This document shows positions 12,695-23,182 of a stretch of DNA of 64,000 nt, piece by piece (the stretch's first letter is position 1; every line of letters starts with the position of its first letter). Made by a program: the position numbers and the translations under genes. Source of the stretch: Balanoglossus misakiensis. Taxonomy: Eukaryota > Animalia > Hemichordata. The notes beneath the pieces were generated by a model. It did no database searches and had not been told where the DNA came from. It was given only the letters and a program-made list of their open reading frames with translations. The stretch lies in assembly GCA_040954595.2 (NCBI GenBank), contig CM082581.2, forward strand, positions 1,108,699 to 1,172,698, read 5' to 3'.

Positions 12695-12904
12695 TACTGT
12701 AAAATGGGAAATGTTCGCAAACAATAAATTTTCGCGATCTACGTGAGAGCCATCAAAACATGAAAATAAAAAGTTGCGTAAAAATGTTTTTCGGGGATAA
12801 TGATGCAGTGAAATACAAGAACGTGAAAAGTTATTGTTGCATAACACTTGCCTCTTTTGATAACGCGAAAATTTCATGTTGCAAAAGTATCCCGTTTTAC
12901 AGTA
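12695..12904. mobile_element. TA-flanked MITE, same family, opposite orientation
   Basis: TACTGTAAAATGGGAAA...TCCCGTTTTACAGTA. Confidence 0.75.
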
Positions 12905-13069
12905 TATATGTGATTAATTAAATTTCCAAATTGTGTTCCAAAGTTGTATAGTTTGAAGTAATGTCTGCCAAAATTGTCAAACTAAAATCACTGCAAAATA
13001 ATATGACAAATTTTTTAATATGACAAATATTTTTAACATGGCTGACTCATGATCATATCTGATACTCAC

Positions 13070-13254
13070 AATGATGTAATCAACATCTGTGTTCCTCTCT
13101 AATCCAAAGTTCTCATCAAAGATAAGAGTTAATGGTCTTCCAGTTGGTTCCTTGATTAACCAGCTACACATAACATCATCAGGGTAAGTGCTAACATCAT
13201 ACCCTGGTGACTGAATCGTGCCAAAACTACGCAGAATTTCAATTCCCTGGCAAC
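13070..13254 (-). pseudogene. Exon: CUB3 first half
   Basis: aag|...|gtgagt, 185 bp, phase 1-0. Reads GCQGIEILRSFGTIQSPGYDVSTYPDDVMCSWLIKEPTGRPLTLIFDENFGLERNTDVDYII. Confidence 0.92.
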
Positions 13255-13262
13255 CTTTAAAG

Positions 13263-14024
13263 AAACAAGTGACCTATCGGTCAAAAGAGCTCTGCTGACT
13301 TTAACAGTGAAACCTATAGCTGGGCAATGATATGAATACCCTAGGTTTTAATCATAACAATTGTATTCTATTAAACAAAACCAAACATAGACATCACAAG
13401 TATTTAATATCCACATTCAGCCTGATTCATTGTGCTAAAGAAAGAAAGAATTTATTCCTAAAGAACAACATCAAAAGGAAGTACCAAGGTACTAATTTGC
13501 ATATTCATGACCCGATCAAAATTCCAATAAAACAAAATCAGGTAGGGGCACCATAACACACATTCTACCAAATTTCAGCTCCATCGTACATGTAGTTAGG
13601 GAGAAGAATATTTTTTACCAAAAATTATATTTTTAGATCTAATTTGCATATTCATGACCCGATCATATCCAAATTTATGAAATCAGGTAGGGGCACCATA
13701 ACACACATTCCTGCCAAATTTCAGCTCCATCGTACATGTAGTTAGGGAGAAGAAAATGTTTGACCAACATTCTATTTTAGATCTAATTTGCATATTTATG
13801 ACCCCATCAAATCCAAATTTACAAAATCAGGTAGGGGCACCATAACACACATTCCTACCAAATTATAGCTAAATATGCAATGTCGTTTTAACGAAGAAGA
13901 TTGAAATACCGAAAGTTGACGGACGACGGACAACGGACGCCGGACAACGGACGCCGGACGACAGACGGACACTTATCAACCTACTGCTACAGCTTGGCTG
14001 ACACAAGTGACAGCCAAGCTAAAA
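13263..14024 (+). mobile_element. Non-autonomous Helentron-type element (HINE/DINE-1-like): tandem core repeats, microsatellite, 3' hairpin
   Basis: About 2.7 core repeats of 147/144 bp start at 13492, 13639 and 13783. A GACGGAC-type microsatellite lies at about 13918-13971. A perfect hairpin AGCTTGGCTG-N10-CAGCCAAGCT at 13991-14020 is followed by AAAA. The 5' boundary (AAACAAG...) is a guess. Confidence 0.75.
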
Positions 14025-14182
14025 ATACCAAACAAGGAATAATGAATTCAATCCACAGGTTTGGTGTAATCCTGGCTGCCTTTTATTTTGTGCTAGGGGA
14101 TCAAATCACATAATAATTGCCTTCTGGATAAAAAGTCGTACGCGACAGAAGAAATGACTGTTAACTGTATATGACTTCCTTA

Positions 14183-14984
14183 GGCTGCATTCACAAACAC
14201 CTCTGGAGGGGGGGGCGGGAGAATTCAATTTTTTTTACCGCTAATTTTCACATGCCCCCCTTCCGAACTGCCAATATTTTCAAATCCCCCCCATCCGAAC
14301 TGCCAAAATTTTGAAATCCCCCCCCCCCCATTTTCTTTCACAGAGCAAAACACATCACCTATCTATCTTGTAAAAAGAAAAACAGCGCTCCCATGAAAAG
14401 AATTTGAAACTGATGTTTCCCCTCATCAGTGGGTATTAAAACTGAACATTGTTTTTATTTTTAAAGTACATATATTTGTATTCTGTGTTTGGAGACATTG
14501 TAAACCGAGAATTGAAGGGGGTGGGTTTGGGAGGGGGTGTCCCCCTCCCACGTAAGAAAATTTTCTAAAATACAGAGCTCAAAGCTGCATTTTAATGAAC
14601 CCGGCAAAAGCAAATTAACTCAACTACCGGTATGTTGGGGAGGACAAATTTAACCGTCGCCGCTCAAAGTTATCATGGGGTGGGGCAAGTCCCCTGACCT
14701 GGGACACTAGATAAACCAGTCAATGATTGAAAGGTGTTGATGAATGGAGGGGGTGGGTGTGGGAGGGGGTGTCCCCCTCCCACATTAGAAAATTTTGTAA
14801 AATAAAGGGCGCGAAACTGCATTTTTGTGGACTCAAAATAAATATTTAGTCGTTAAAGTTTTCAAGTCCCCCCCTTTCAGTCCCTAAATTATTTCAAATC
14901 CCCCCCTTACATACCCTCAATTTTTTCAAATCCCCCCCCTCAATTCTCCTGCCCCCCCCTCCAGAGGTGTTTGTGAATGCAGCC
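14183..14984. mobile_element. 802-bp PIF/Harbinger-type MITE
   Basis: TTA TSD at 14180-14182 and 14985-14987. TIRs GGCTGCATTCACAAACACCTCTGGAGGGGGGG.. / ..CCCCCCCTCCAGAGGTGTTTGTGAATGCAGCC. An internal direct repeat with a GGGAGGGGG-TGT-CCCCCTCCC hairpin lies at about 14517-14593 and 14749-14825. Confidence 0.88.
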
Positions 14985-15207
14985 TTAGGTCAAACCTTTC
15001 TGTCGTTATACATGTAGTTATCAAATTAAACTCATTTAACTTTTTTCACATTTTGTTATTTTTTCTGTTAAAAAGTTCCATAATGACCCAGTATCAGATT
15101 AGCTTATATTATAAACTTCCAGAAAGAATGGCAAAAGAAGATAGATCTGTGATCCTTACAATTCTTACTGGGTTGAAATTCTTTGGGAATGATTTTAAGT
15201 GATTTAA

Positions 15208-15556
15208 AGGGACAAAGTTTCTCTCACTCGCTGCCCTTTTTCCATTAACTATGTTTGATACAAGACACTGTTTATGTTATTCTACATGTGGATATATAGT
15301 GAATCAACATTCAACCACGCACAACTTCCATCCCGTTTGTAGGATATGAGAGTAAAAATATTGCCAAAATGAATAAACGGTAGAGACCAATTATTCATTT
15401 TGGCGAGTTTTTTCACTCTTGTGTCTACAAGTGGGATGGAAGTTGTTTGTGGTCAAACGTTGTTTCAATATATATCCACATGTAGAATAACATAAACGCT
15501 GTATTGTATCATCATAATTCCTGGAAAAAGGGTAGCGAGAGAGAGTGTTTGTCCCT
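15208..15556. mobile_element. Fully palindromic foldback MITE, TTAA TSD (Kolobok-like)
   Basis: TTAA-AGGGACAAA...TTTGTCCCT-TTAA. The two ~170-bp halves are near reverse complements. Further copies at 15959-16234, 27856-28146 and about 28940-29236, with a fragment at about 11215-11270. Confidence 0.88.
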
Positions 15557-15641
15557 TTAAAACATTGTTCTCTTGCATCATGAATCCTTGATTGCCTCTT
15601 CATTCAAACAACGTCTTGATCAATTTGAATGCGTTACCTAC

Positions 15642-15843
15642 CTGCCCAGTAATGTACATGAAAACCTCTCATTGTAACTGCATCATCACTCTTAATGTCA
15701 ACTCTCATCATACTTTTGGAAGATATGATGACATTGGGTAACTCCATCCCAGAAAATAAAGCAAGTCTGAGGGCAGGATTCAGTTCAGCGCCATCGTATA
15801 CAGACACTTGATCAGCCCCATCTTCTGTTGCAAAGGAGATAAA
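15642..15843 (-). pseudogene. Exon: CUB2 second half, acceptor reads CCG instead of CAG
   Basis: 202 bp, the same length as the paralogous CUB1 exon. Reads FISFATEDGADQVSVYDG...DIKSDDAVTMRGFHVHYWA. Donor is gtaggt; it is preceded by a pyrimidine tract ending ...ttttccg. Confidence 0.88.
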
Positions 15844-15958
15844 CGGAAAAGATATAAAAAATAGCATCAAAGACACTTTGCTCCCATTTGATATGTACAT
15901 TTAAATGTGACATACCGTACAATCATAGTGATCACAATTTCCTACACAAAACCATTAA

Positions 15959-16234
15959 GGGGCAAAGTCTCTCTCTCTCTCGCTGCCCCTTTTCCATTAA
16001 TTATCGTTTGATTATCGTTTATGTTATTCTAGATGTGGATATATAGTGAATCAACATTCCATCCCGCTTCATTTTGGGCGAGATTTTTACTCTCATATCC
16101 TAAAAATGGGATGGAAGGTGTGTGTGGTCGAATGTTGATTCACTATATATCCTCATGTAGAATGACATAAACGGTGTCTTGTATCAAACATAATTAATGG
16201 GAAAAGGGCAGCGAGAGAGAGAGACTTCGTCCCT
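15959..16234. mobile_element. Internally deleted copy of the palindromic TTAA MITE
   Basis: TTAA-GGGGCAAAGTCTCTCTC...GAGAGACTTCGTCCCT, same family as 15208-15556. Confidence 0.82.
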
Positions 16235-16603
16235 ATAAGGACACCTTTAGCATTGATGAGGTAATATAAGAATACATCTGATAAAGAATATTTTCACATC
16301 CCAATAAACCAAAATCCAAAACAACTGGAAGAGCCGTTTCTGACATAAGTGGACTTTTGGACCAAAAATGTCTAAAACTACCCACCCCCCTCCTCCCCAG
16401 TATTGATATTTGTCACATGTTTATGTACACCATAATAACAAATATTGTAGGTCCTTGTAAACCAAATTTTAAGAAATCGGAAAAGTGACTACTGAGAATT
16501 GACCAGAAATGACAAAAATAAAATGTATTTTTAAAAATATAATTACTAATTTTTGTCATGCTGTAAAACAACTCACACGATTAATTGCATCTGAATCCAC
16601 TAC

Positions 16604-16755
16604 CTGTAAAGTGACAACAAATTCTGTTGTGAATGATGCCAGCTGTCAGTTACAATCTTCATTGTTGAGATAATTCTTGCCTTCAAAATATTCTGTACTG
16701 CTGAGATTCTGTTTATATGACTGTGCTATGAAATTCCCACCACACAAAGAATACA
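16604..16755 (-). pseudogene. Exon: CUB2 first half with in-frame stop
   Basis: cag|...|gtagtg, 152 bp, phase 1-0. Reads YSLCGGNFIAQSYKQNLSSTEYFEGKNYLNNEDCN*QLASFTTEFVVTLQ, with TGA at the conserved C-x-W tryptophan. Confidence 0.88.
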
Positions 16756-17048
16756 CTGAAAGAAAGAAGAAGTCATCTTAACAGAAACACTTCACAAACA
16801 GGACATCAGCAAGATCACAGTCGAGGTAGGGCAAATATTGCCTACATGTGCAATCTATAATGTTATACCAGGTTCACGTAGGGTAAAATTCGAAACGTTT
16901 CAGAGACACTATTTGCCTAAGGTAAACACAGAGCATTAATGCTTTTAGTTGCCTTGTGTCCACACATGCAAAGTTTATGTGTAGTTCGCGAAAATTTATC
17001 GTTTGCGAAAATTTCCAGTTTTACATTATGTATAAAACTTGGTATTAC

Positions 17049-17250
17049 CTGCTTGCCAAGATGCTTCAAAGCCAGTAGCAGTATGCGAACTATCTGAGAG
17101 AAATTTCACCAACATTGCATTACCACTGCTAATAACTTCATCAGGCTGGTCCGGTCCACTGTATGTGGCAAGAACTTTGGATGGGTCAAACACAGACACC
17201 TCGACAATGACAACAGTATCATGATAAAGTTCAGTGTCAAAATGTAGAAA
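17049..17250 (-). pseudogene. Exon: CUB1 second half
   Basis: cag|...|gtaata, 202 bp, phase 0-1. Reads FLHFDTELYHDTVVIVE...ISSGNAMLVKFLSDSSHTATGFEASWQA. Confidence 0.93.
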
Positions 17251-17616
17251 CTGAAAAGAATAAAAAATGTCACAACACACATCATAAATAGTGAGCTGTC
17301 TCAAGCCAATATACATGAAAATAAACACAGTTTCATGACTTAAGCCCCATTAGCTGTAACTTTTTGCATTTTTCAGTATTTCTATTCTGTGTATCAATTA
17401 TAGTTTCTTGTTCAGCTACGCAGGGCAGAGTTAAATCCATAGTCTTAACTTCTCAACGAAACCTATGAGGGCACAATCGGCATTGTTGTTGTTTGAAAAC
17501 ATTCGTAAATAATAACAACAGTCAGTACACATACACATGACTCGTTGACAAGCAGAGAGCTGGGTGTGATGGGTTACTCATGAGGAGAGGAACAAGAAAA
17601 AGTGTTTAATTTAAAT

Positions 17617-18272
17617 AATAACACATGATAGCGAGGGCAATATCACGATTTGAAGCCTGCATGAGGGATGGTGATCTCTGACCATAATATTGATGATGCC
17701 CGAGCCGCAGGCGAGGGTATCATCAATATTTTGGTCAGAGATCACCAGCCCGAGGGCAGGCTTCAAATCGTGATGTTGCCCGAGCATAATGTGTTATTAA
17801 TTTTATTACGCCGAACATTTGAACGTACATACACTGCAGCATGTAGCATGTAGACCCGCGTCCATATGTCGTACGTTGCTGAGAATGTAAAATGTCTCGA
17901 TCTCCCAAGAATTATACGGTACCTACTTCGAACTTAGATTATTTTGAAAATACTGCGCTGTTGGTTGCGATTTTGGTGTATTTACTGCCCGTTTGCAGTA
18001 AAATATCATCCAGTAGAACAGGTGTTAAGCCTGTGTGTCGCTTTGAAGCCATATAGATGCGGGAGTTGACTGATCGTGAAGGAAGCCATTGAACGACAGT
18101 TTGGAACGCGCAGAAGTCGTGCCCAGAACACCAAAACAACCAAGTGGGCAATATCAGCGCACGCGACAGGGCTTTATCAACTCTAGCCATGTTATATCAC
18201 TTTTTTTTTCTATATCACGTGAGCGCGTCTCAGCCAATCACGAAAACGGTATAATACGTGAGGTGTAATAAA
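17617..18272 (+). mobile_element. Non-autonomous element with a long hairpin at one end and short asymmetric inverted repeats (possibly Crypton-like)
   Basis: A ~180-nt imperfect hairpin spans 17617-17798. TTTATTACGCC (about 17802-17812) is inverted relative to GGTGTAATAAA (about 18262-18272). The superfamily assignment is inference. Confidence 0.6.
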
Positions 18273-18575
18273 CACAAAACAAAATTACTGATAAACTAGC
18301 CTGAAGTTATAGATAATGGCCCTTTAATTCAAAAGTTTACCAAAAATCATGTTTGTTATAAGGAAGAAAAAAATCAAATTATTTTTTTTTTAGTTGAAAT
18401 GAATTTAAATCTAATACATGTGTCTGTTTTTTTTTTAAAGTGTTTGTATGTCGAATGGACGGGAAAAGGTGTTTTGTATAGGCAGGTTTCCAGATTAGAC
18501 AGAGTTAGTGGTTTATGCAAGTTTTACTGTAAAAAATAACTGGTTTTGGAATTTGACAGTTTACAAGTGAGCACT

Positions 18576-18700
18576 TATTCTGGATGTTGCAGGTCCCTGG
18601 ATTGTCCAAATACATTCTTGTAGAATGTAATAATTATCATCTGGGTATCCAGTGCTGTGAAAGGTCCCCGATTCACCAGTTTCCAAACCACCACATGTTC
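18576..18700 (-). pseudogene. Exon remnant: CUB1 first half, 3' end and donor missing
   Basis: cag acceptor, phase 1. Reads GTCGGLETGESGTFHSTGYPDDNYYILQECIWTIQGPATSRI, then SAHL* with no phase-0 GT donor before the stop. Confidence 0.85.
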
Positions 18701-19011
18701 CTGAATATCATTAAAATAAAAAGAAAGAGTATGTTTGTGTGATGAATGGTCATAAAGATTCAGCTCATCAAGTTGACGAAATTTCATTGATGATAAAATT
18801 ACTTCACCAACAGTGAGTATCCAATGTACATGTATAAAACAATGTTTGTATTAGTATAAATCAAATGTAAAAATTTTGAAACGACATTTATCACACCCGA
18901 AAATTCCAAGAACCGCATATTATGATTCTCTAAGCTCAAACTATCAGTGTGACAGATGCCAGATTCTTAAAATACTTGGCCCAGTTTTGTTTCTGATTTA
19001 TATTTATGACA

Positions 19012-19206
19012 TACTGTAAAACAGGAAATTTTTCATGATATCAAAAGTGGCAACTGTTATGCGATGATTGATTTTCGCATTCTCATATTTCACGGCATTG
19101 CTATCTTCGAAAAACATTTTGACACAACTTGTTTATTTTCGCGTTTTTTTGGCTCTCGCATAGTTCGCAAAAATGTATCGCTCGCGAAAATTTCCTGTTT
19201 ACAGTA
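19012..19206. mobile_element. TA-flanked MITE, CTGTAAA family
   Basis: TACTGTAAAACAGGAAATTTT / AAAATTTCCTGTTTACAGTA. Confidence 0.8.
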
Positions 19207-19329
19207 CAAAATTCTTTGAGGATCAGACTTTCTGCTGACAGTTCAAAAGTAGTCTTTAGTTGCAAAGGAGATGATCATACAATTAAACCACGATCGTGAC
19301 GTCACACTATTCAATAGACAAGTCATTCA

Positions 19330-20751
19330 CTGAGAGAACCTCCGTCTCACACAAAACCACAGGTTTAAAACCAAGTCCCGGGTAGTTCTAGAACTACCTC
19401 CGGGGGTTCTAGAACTACCGCAGGACTCAGTCTCACCTGTCGTAACAAAAATACAAATACACAATGCTTTATTTGCATAATTACATTTACTTCTATACCT
19501 GTATTCAAAGTACATTTCATTTGAATAGAGTAATTGTTATGTTAATTGAAAGCGAACTGGATATGCGACAGTCTCCGGATCATTTCATTCAATGCTTCAC
19601 ATTCACAGTTTTGTCTACTGACGTACAAAGCTAATGTCTTGGTGGCTCTCGAGAGTCTTCATAACATGATAATAAAAGTATAAAATAGACAAAAATCAAT
19701 TCACCAGAAACAAACTAACGTTGCAATAAATTAACTACAAATTTCTAGAAAATTATACTAAATCACATTATCCCCAGATTTGCTTGCATTACTCTAACCA
19801 GATGCTTCACTTCGATTTTGCTTCACTACCGACATGTAACAAGGTTGGCTGTTTTAGGCCTAAAACCCGCGTACCTTGCAAAATTCTGCTTACTTTTTGT
19901 TGCTGTTCACCAGACGTGGGTTTGTAATGTCGGACGGATTCACTTCGGTATCAAGTCTTTTCGCAGATGAGTTACTCACCAATATCGCTACCATACAGAC
20001 GTGTTGCCGCTGTGGCTCGTAGAGAGTGGTTCGTTCAAAAGCCAGGGAGGCCAATACACAGACGGGCAGTAGTACCATGTAGAGCATTGTTACCCGGTTT
20101 TTGCTTTACCAACATGTAGCCGCTTGTTTTCGCAGATGATATAGATCGGAACTACATGTATCTTCAGATCGATTTCATGGATATTTGAAGGAAAATAAAA
20201 AAAAAACGTGACACTTACATGTAGGCCTTCTGCATTTGGCCTAGAAAATTTTCGCGTAAGCTTACCATGTGCACGCAAAACCCCAATAGCTGTAACGCTT
20301 CCCATAATACACTACGTAACACACCTGTAAAGTTTAATTTGATGCAAATTAGTGTTTGAAATTAGCATATCACTCTGACACGTAAGCATGAACATTTAGA
20401 GTAACACCTGTCAAGCGTGGGCGATCTTGTAAGGCCCAGCAGGGCGGTCTAGAACTACCTGCCCACGACATGATTCATTTATAGGAAAAGGGGTGGCCAA
20501 CCAAATTTCACAGTCAGCAATGAAGAATAAGCCTCTTTTGATAAGCTTTTGTTCGTTCATTTTATTGAATCGTTGAGTAAAACGACGTCTTTGTGGTACA
20601 CGAAGCTCCAATGGTGACAATGTCTGTGGGGGGTCGTGGTTTAAGTTAGAGAACCACCTCCCCCTCAGTGGTTCTTGGTTTCCAATCGCCTCGGGCCTGC
20701 GGCCCTCGGCAATTCGAAACCAAGAACCACCTCGGGGTCGGTGGTTCTCTA
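19330..20751 (-). mobile_element. Putative non-autonomous element with a 105-nt terminal hairpin
   Basis: The hairpin spans 20647-20751 (TAGAGAACCACC...GGTGGTTCTCTA). AGAGAACC recurs at about 19334, and TCTAGAACTACC at about 19388, 19409 and 20448. The left boundary is tentative. Confidence 0.45.
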
Positions 20752-20957
20752 TTACATAAATAGTCTAAAAGAAATTGTTAAGTAAACATAACCATACAAT
20801 TAATGAGTGGAATTATCTAGCGACAACTGGCCTCAATTTTGAATTTCAAATATAACACCATTCTGCACCCAAGGAGACATCACATGATCTGATCCCCCTT
20901 GTTTAACTTTTAGTGGTGAGCTCTTCCAAGTATATCTTGTATTGCTTAGGGGACTCT

Positions 20958-21240
20958 AACTCTCTCTCCTTCCCTCCCTTCCACCCCCTCCCCCTCCCTC
21001 TCTAGCTCTCTCCCTCCCCTCTCCCGCCCCTCTCCCTCCCCTCTCCCGCCCCTCTCCCTCCCTCCCACCCCTCTCTAGCTCTCTCTCCCTCCCTACCCCC
21101 CTCTACCCCTCCCTCTCCCTCTAGTTCTCTCTCCCCCTCTCCCTCACTACCACCCTCCCTCCCTCCCTCCCTGTCACTCTCCAGCTCTCTCTCCCTCCCC
21201 TCTCACTCTCCCCTCCCAGCCTCTCCCTCCCGCTCTTTTG
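20958..21240. repeat. C/T-rich low-complexity tract
   Basis: About 280 bp of almost pure pyrimidine on the + strand (CTCCCTCCC-type units). Confidence 0.9.
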
Positions 21241-21349
21241 CACACACTCTCTCTTAGTATATATATTGGGAGGTGACTACAGCAGTGCGAGAAAAGTAAA
21301 GACCTGATGCGAGTAAGGGAAGATTCTAGCTGATTTGAATCAGACTTAC

Positions 21350-21565
21350 CTTCAGCACAAGCTGCTACTTCACACATTGACAGACTGACATCATCACATC
21401 TTGCATGATACAATGGGTAATTATTTTCAAAGAGGTTTAACCTCACACATTGCCCAGTGGAGGCATCAGGTTCTGTGTCTGCCCATCGACCATCAAAGAC
21501 ACTACCTTTCCTGCCATCTGAATAATCATATTCCACACTGCCATCTCGATTGGGTCCACTAAATC
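21350..21565 (-). pseudogene. Exon: C-type lectin C-terminal part plus first Cys of a probable LDLa module
   Basis: tag|...|gtaagt, 216 bp, phase 1-1. Reads FSGPNRDGSVEYDYSDG...WADTEPDASTGQCV...RCDDVSLSMCEVAACAE. Confidence 0.92.
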
Positions 21566-21601
21566 CTATAAAATGGAAATAAAGAAAGAAGATGCATACA
21601 G

Positions 21602-21799
21602 CAGTGTTTCATCCAGGATGGGGGGGGGGGGGGGATATGTCCCCCTTTGCTTGAATAGTTGCACTCTTGCAAGGAGGGGAATGAGTGACATCGCTGAGTC
21701 TGTAAGGGGCACCATTTCCCCCTTGACAAATTTCTAGGGGGGTGCCAACATGCTGACAGTGGGCGAATTCCCTCATCCCTCCATCTGGATGAAAAACTG
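21602..21799. mobile_element. Short MITE with CAG termini
   Basis: TIRs CAGTGTTTCATCCAG / CTGGATGAAAAACTG, flanked by the direct repeat CATACAG on both sides. Confidence 0.7.
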
Positions 21800-22012
21800 C
21801 ATACAGAGTCACTTAATAGCAAGATTTTGTGAGGTTATTGAGATGTAAAAAATAGGCTTTTCAATTACCATCTTGAGACAATTATCATTCAAGTGTTACT
21901 ATGCAGTGCTTACTTGTAAACTGTCAAATTCCAAAACCAGTTATTTTTTACACTTGATACACCCACAAATTATTTGGGAACACTGACAAACACTGTTAAA
22001 AGACACACTCAC

Positions 22013-22131
22013 CAATCCAACCATGGTTCGCTGTTTCATTGGAAGTCTCTTCAATCTGGTTTACAATCTCTGCTCCAGCATAACGATTTTCAGAATAACC
22101 CTCAATTACTGTCAAGTGCCCACCATAAAAT
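22013..22131 (-). pseudogene. Exon: C-type lectin middle part
   Basis: cag|...|gtgagt, 119 bp, phase 2-1. Reads FYGGHLTVIEGYSENRYAGAEIVNQIEETSNETANHGWIG. Confidence 0.92.
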
Positions 22132-22866
22132 CTGAAAATAAACCAATTTATAACACATCAAACATGTTCCAAACTAATTTCGAAATTCCAGTCCGTGAAT
22201 AATACATTTCCTCTTTGAAAACATTTAATATTGGTGAATAAGAGGTTCATAAATGTATAACATTAGATTTTTGTTTGTAAAGTCTATATTTTGTGTTACA
22301 CCTTTCCAATAAGTGTGTGATTAGTGTAGATTTCGGCAGAATTTCTGGGAAAAAAGAATCTGTGAAAAATTCACCTGAATTTTGGGGAGAAAAAAAATTG
22401 CTGAACGTTTCCTTTGAATAAAAAAGTTCAGCTTATTTCTTTTAGAGAAAACATGACAATTTCCAGGAAATGGCTGTTGTTGTTTTTTTTTTGGTGTGAA
22501 TAAACTTAAAAGACAAATTCTGATACAGTTGCATCAAGGTGATGGAAGAAAATCCCAGATTAACAGGATATTTGGAGAATTTATCCAGAATTTCAAAATT
22601 AGTTCGAAATGTGACATTGTGTTATCAATGATCTGTGTTGAGCAGTCGAACGATGAACGGGTAGTTGACAATTCCCACGAGCACACCCGTATCTTTCCTC
22701 GGTAGTTGCGCCGGGCCGGTCGGCAATGTAACAGAAAAAGTGGTACGATATGCCAGCTGAGCCGTCGCTAGTCTACAATTCCGAGTCTACAAGGCCGTCT
22801 CTAACTAAAAATTATAATAACTATCGAGGTACGTGACAATTATATCAGCGAATGTGGGGCTGGGGG

Positions 22867-23182
22867 TTGCTGCAGTTTGCAGCCCCTCCATCTCCCCTGG
22901 ACGATTTTTGTTTTTGCGGGGCTGCAGGTCCCAGCTATTCTAAACCGCACAACGAGCGACCGGGATTTGGGCCCGGAGCGAATTTCTACACTCCAGACGT
23001 CTCCAGTCCACAATTTTCCACAATTTTTTCGCCAAATCGGTCCCGGAACCCATACAGCGCTTACCTGGCAAAGGATGTCGCGGTATTTGTCGATTTTGCC
23101 TACGTTTTCCCCAGTTATTCAACTTCAATCGGCAAAACCAAAACTCGTTCAGGGGAGATGGAGGGGCTGCAAACTGCAGCAA
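22867..23182. mobile_element. MITE with 10-bp TSD (Mutator-like)
   Basis: TIRs of about 50 bp starting TTGCTGCAGTTTGCAGCCCCTCCATCTCCCCTG. TSD GGGCTGGGGG at 22857-22866 and 23183-23192. Confidence 0.82.

Noticed and set aside
16646-16648. TGA as selenocysteine, readthrough or A-to-I-correctable Trp codon
   Set aside because: It falls at a Trp position and the gene has several other unrelated lesions, so a simple TGG>TGA nonsense change is more parsimonious.
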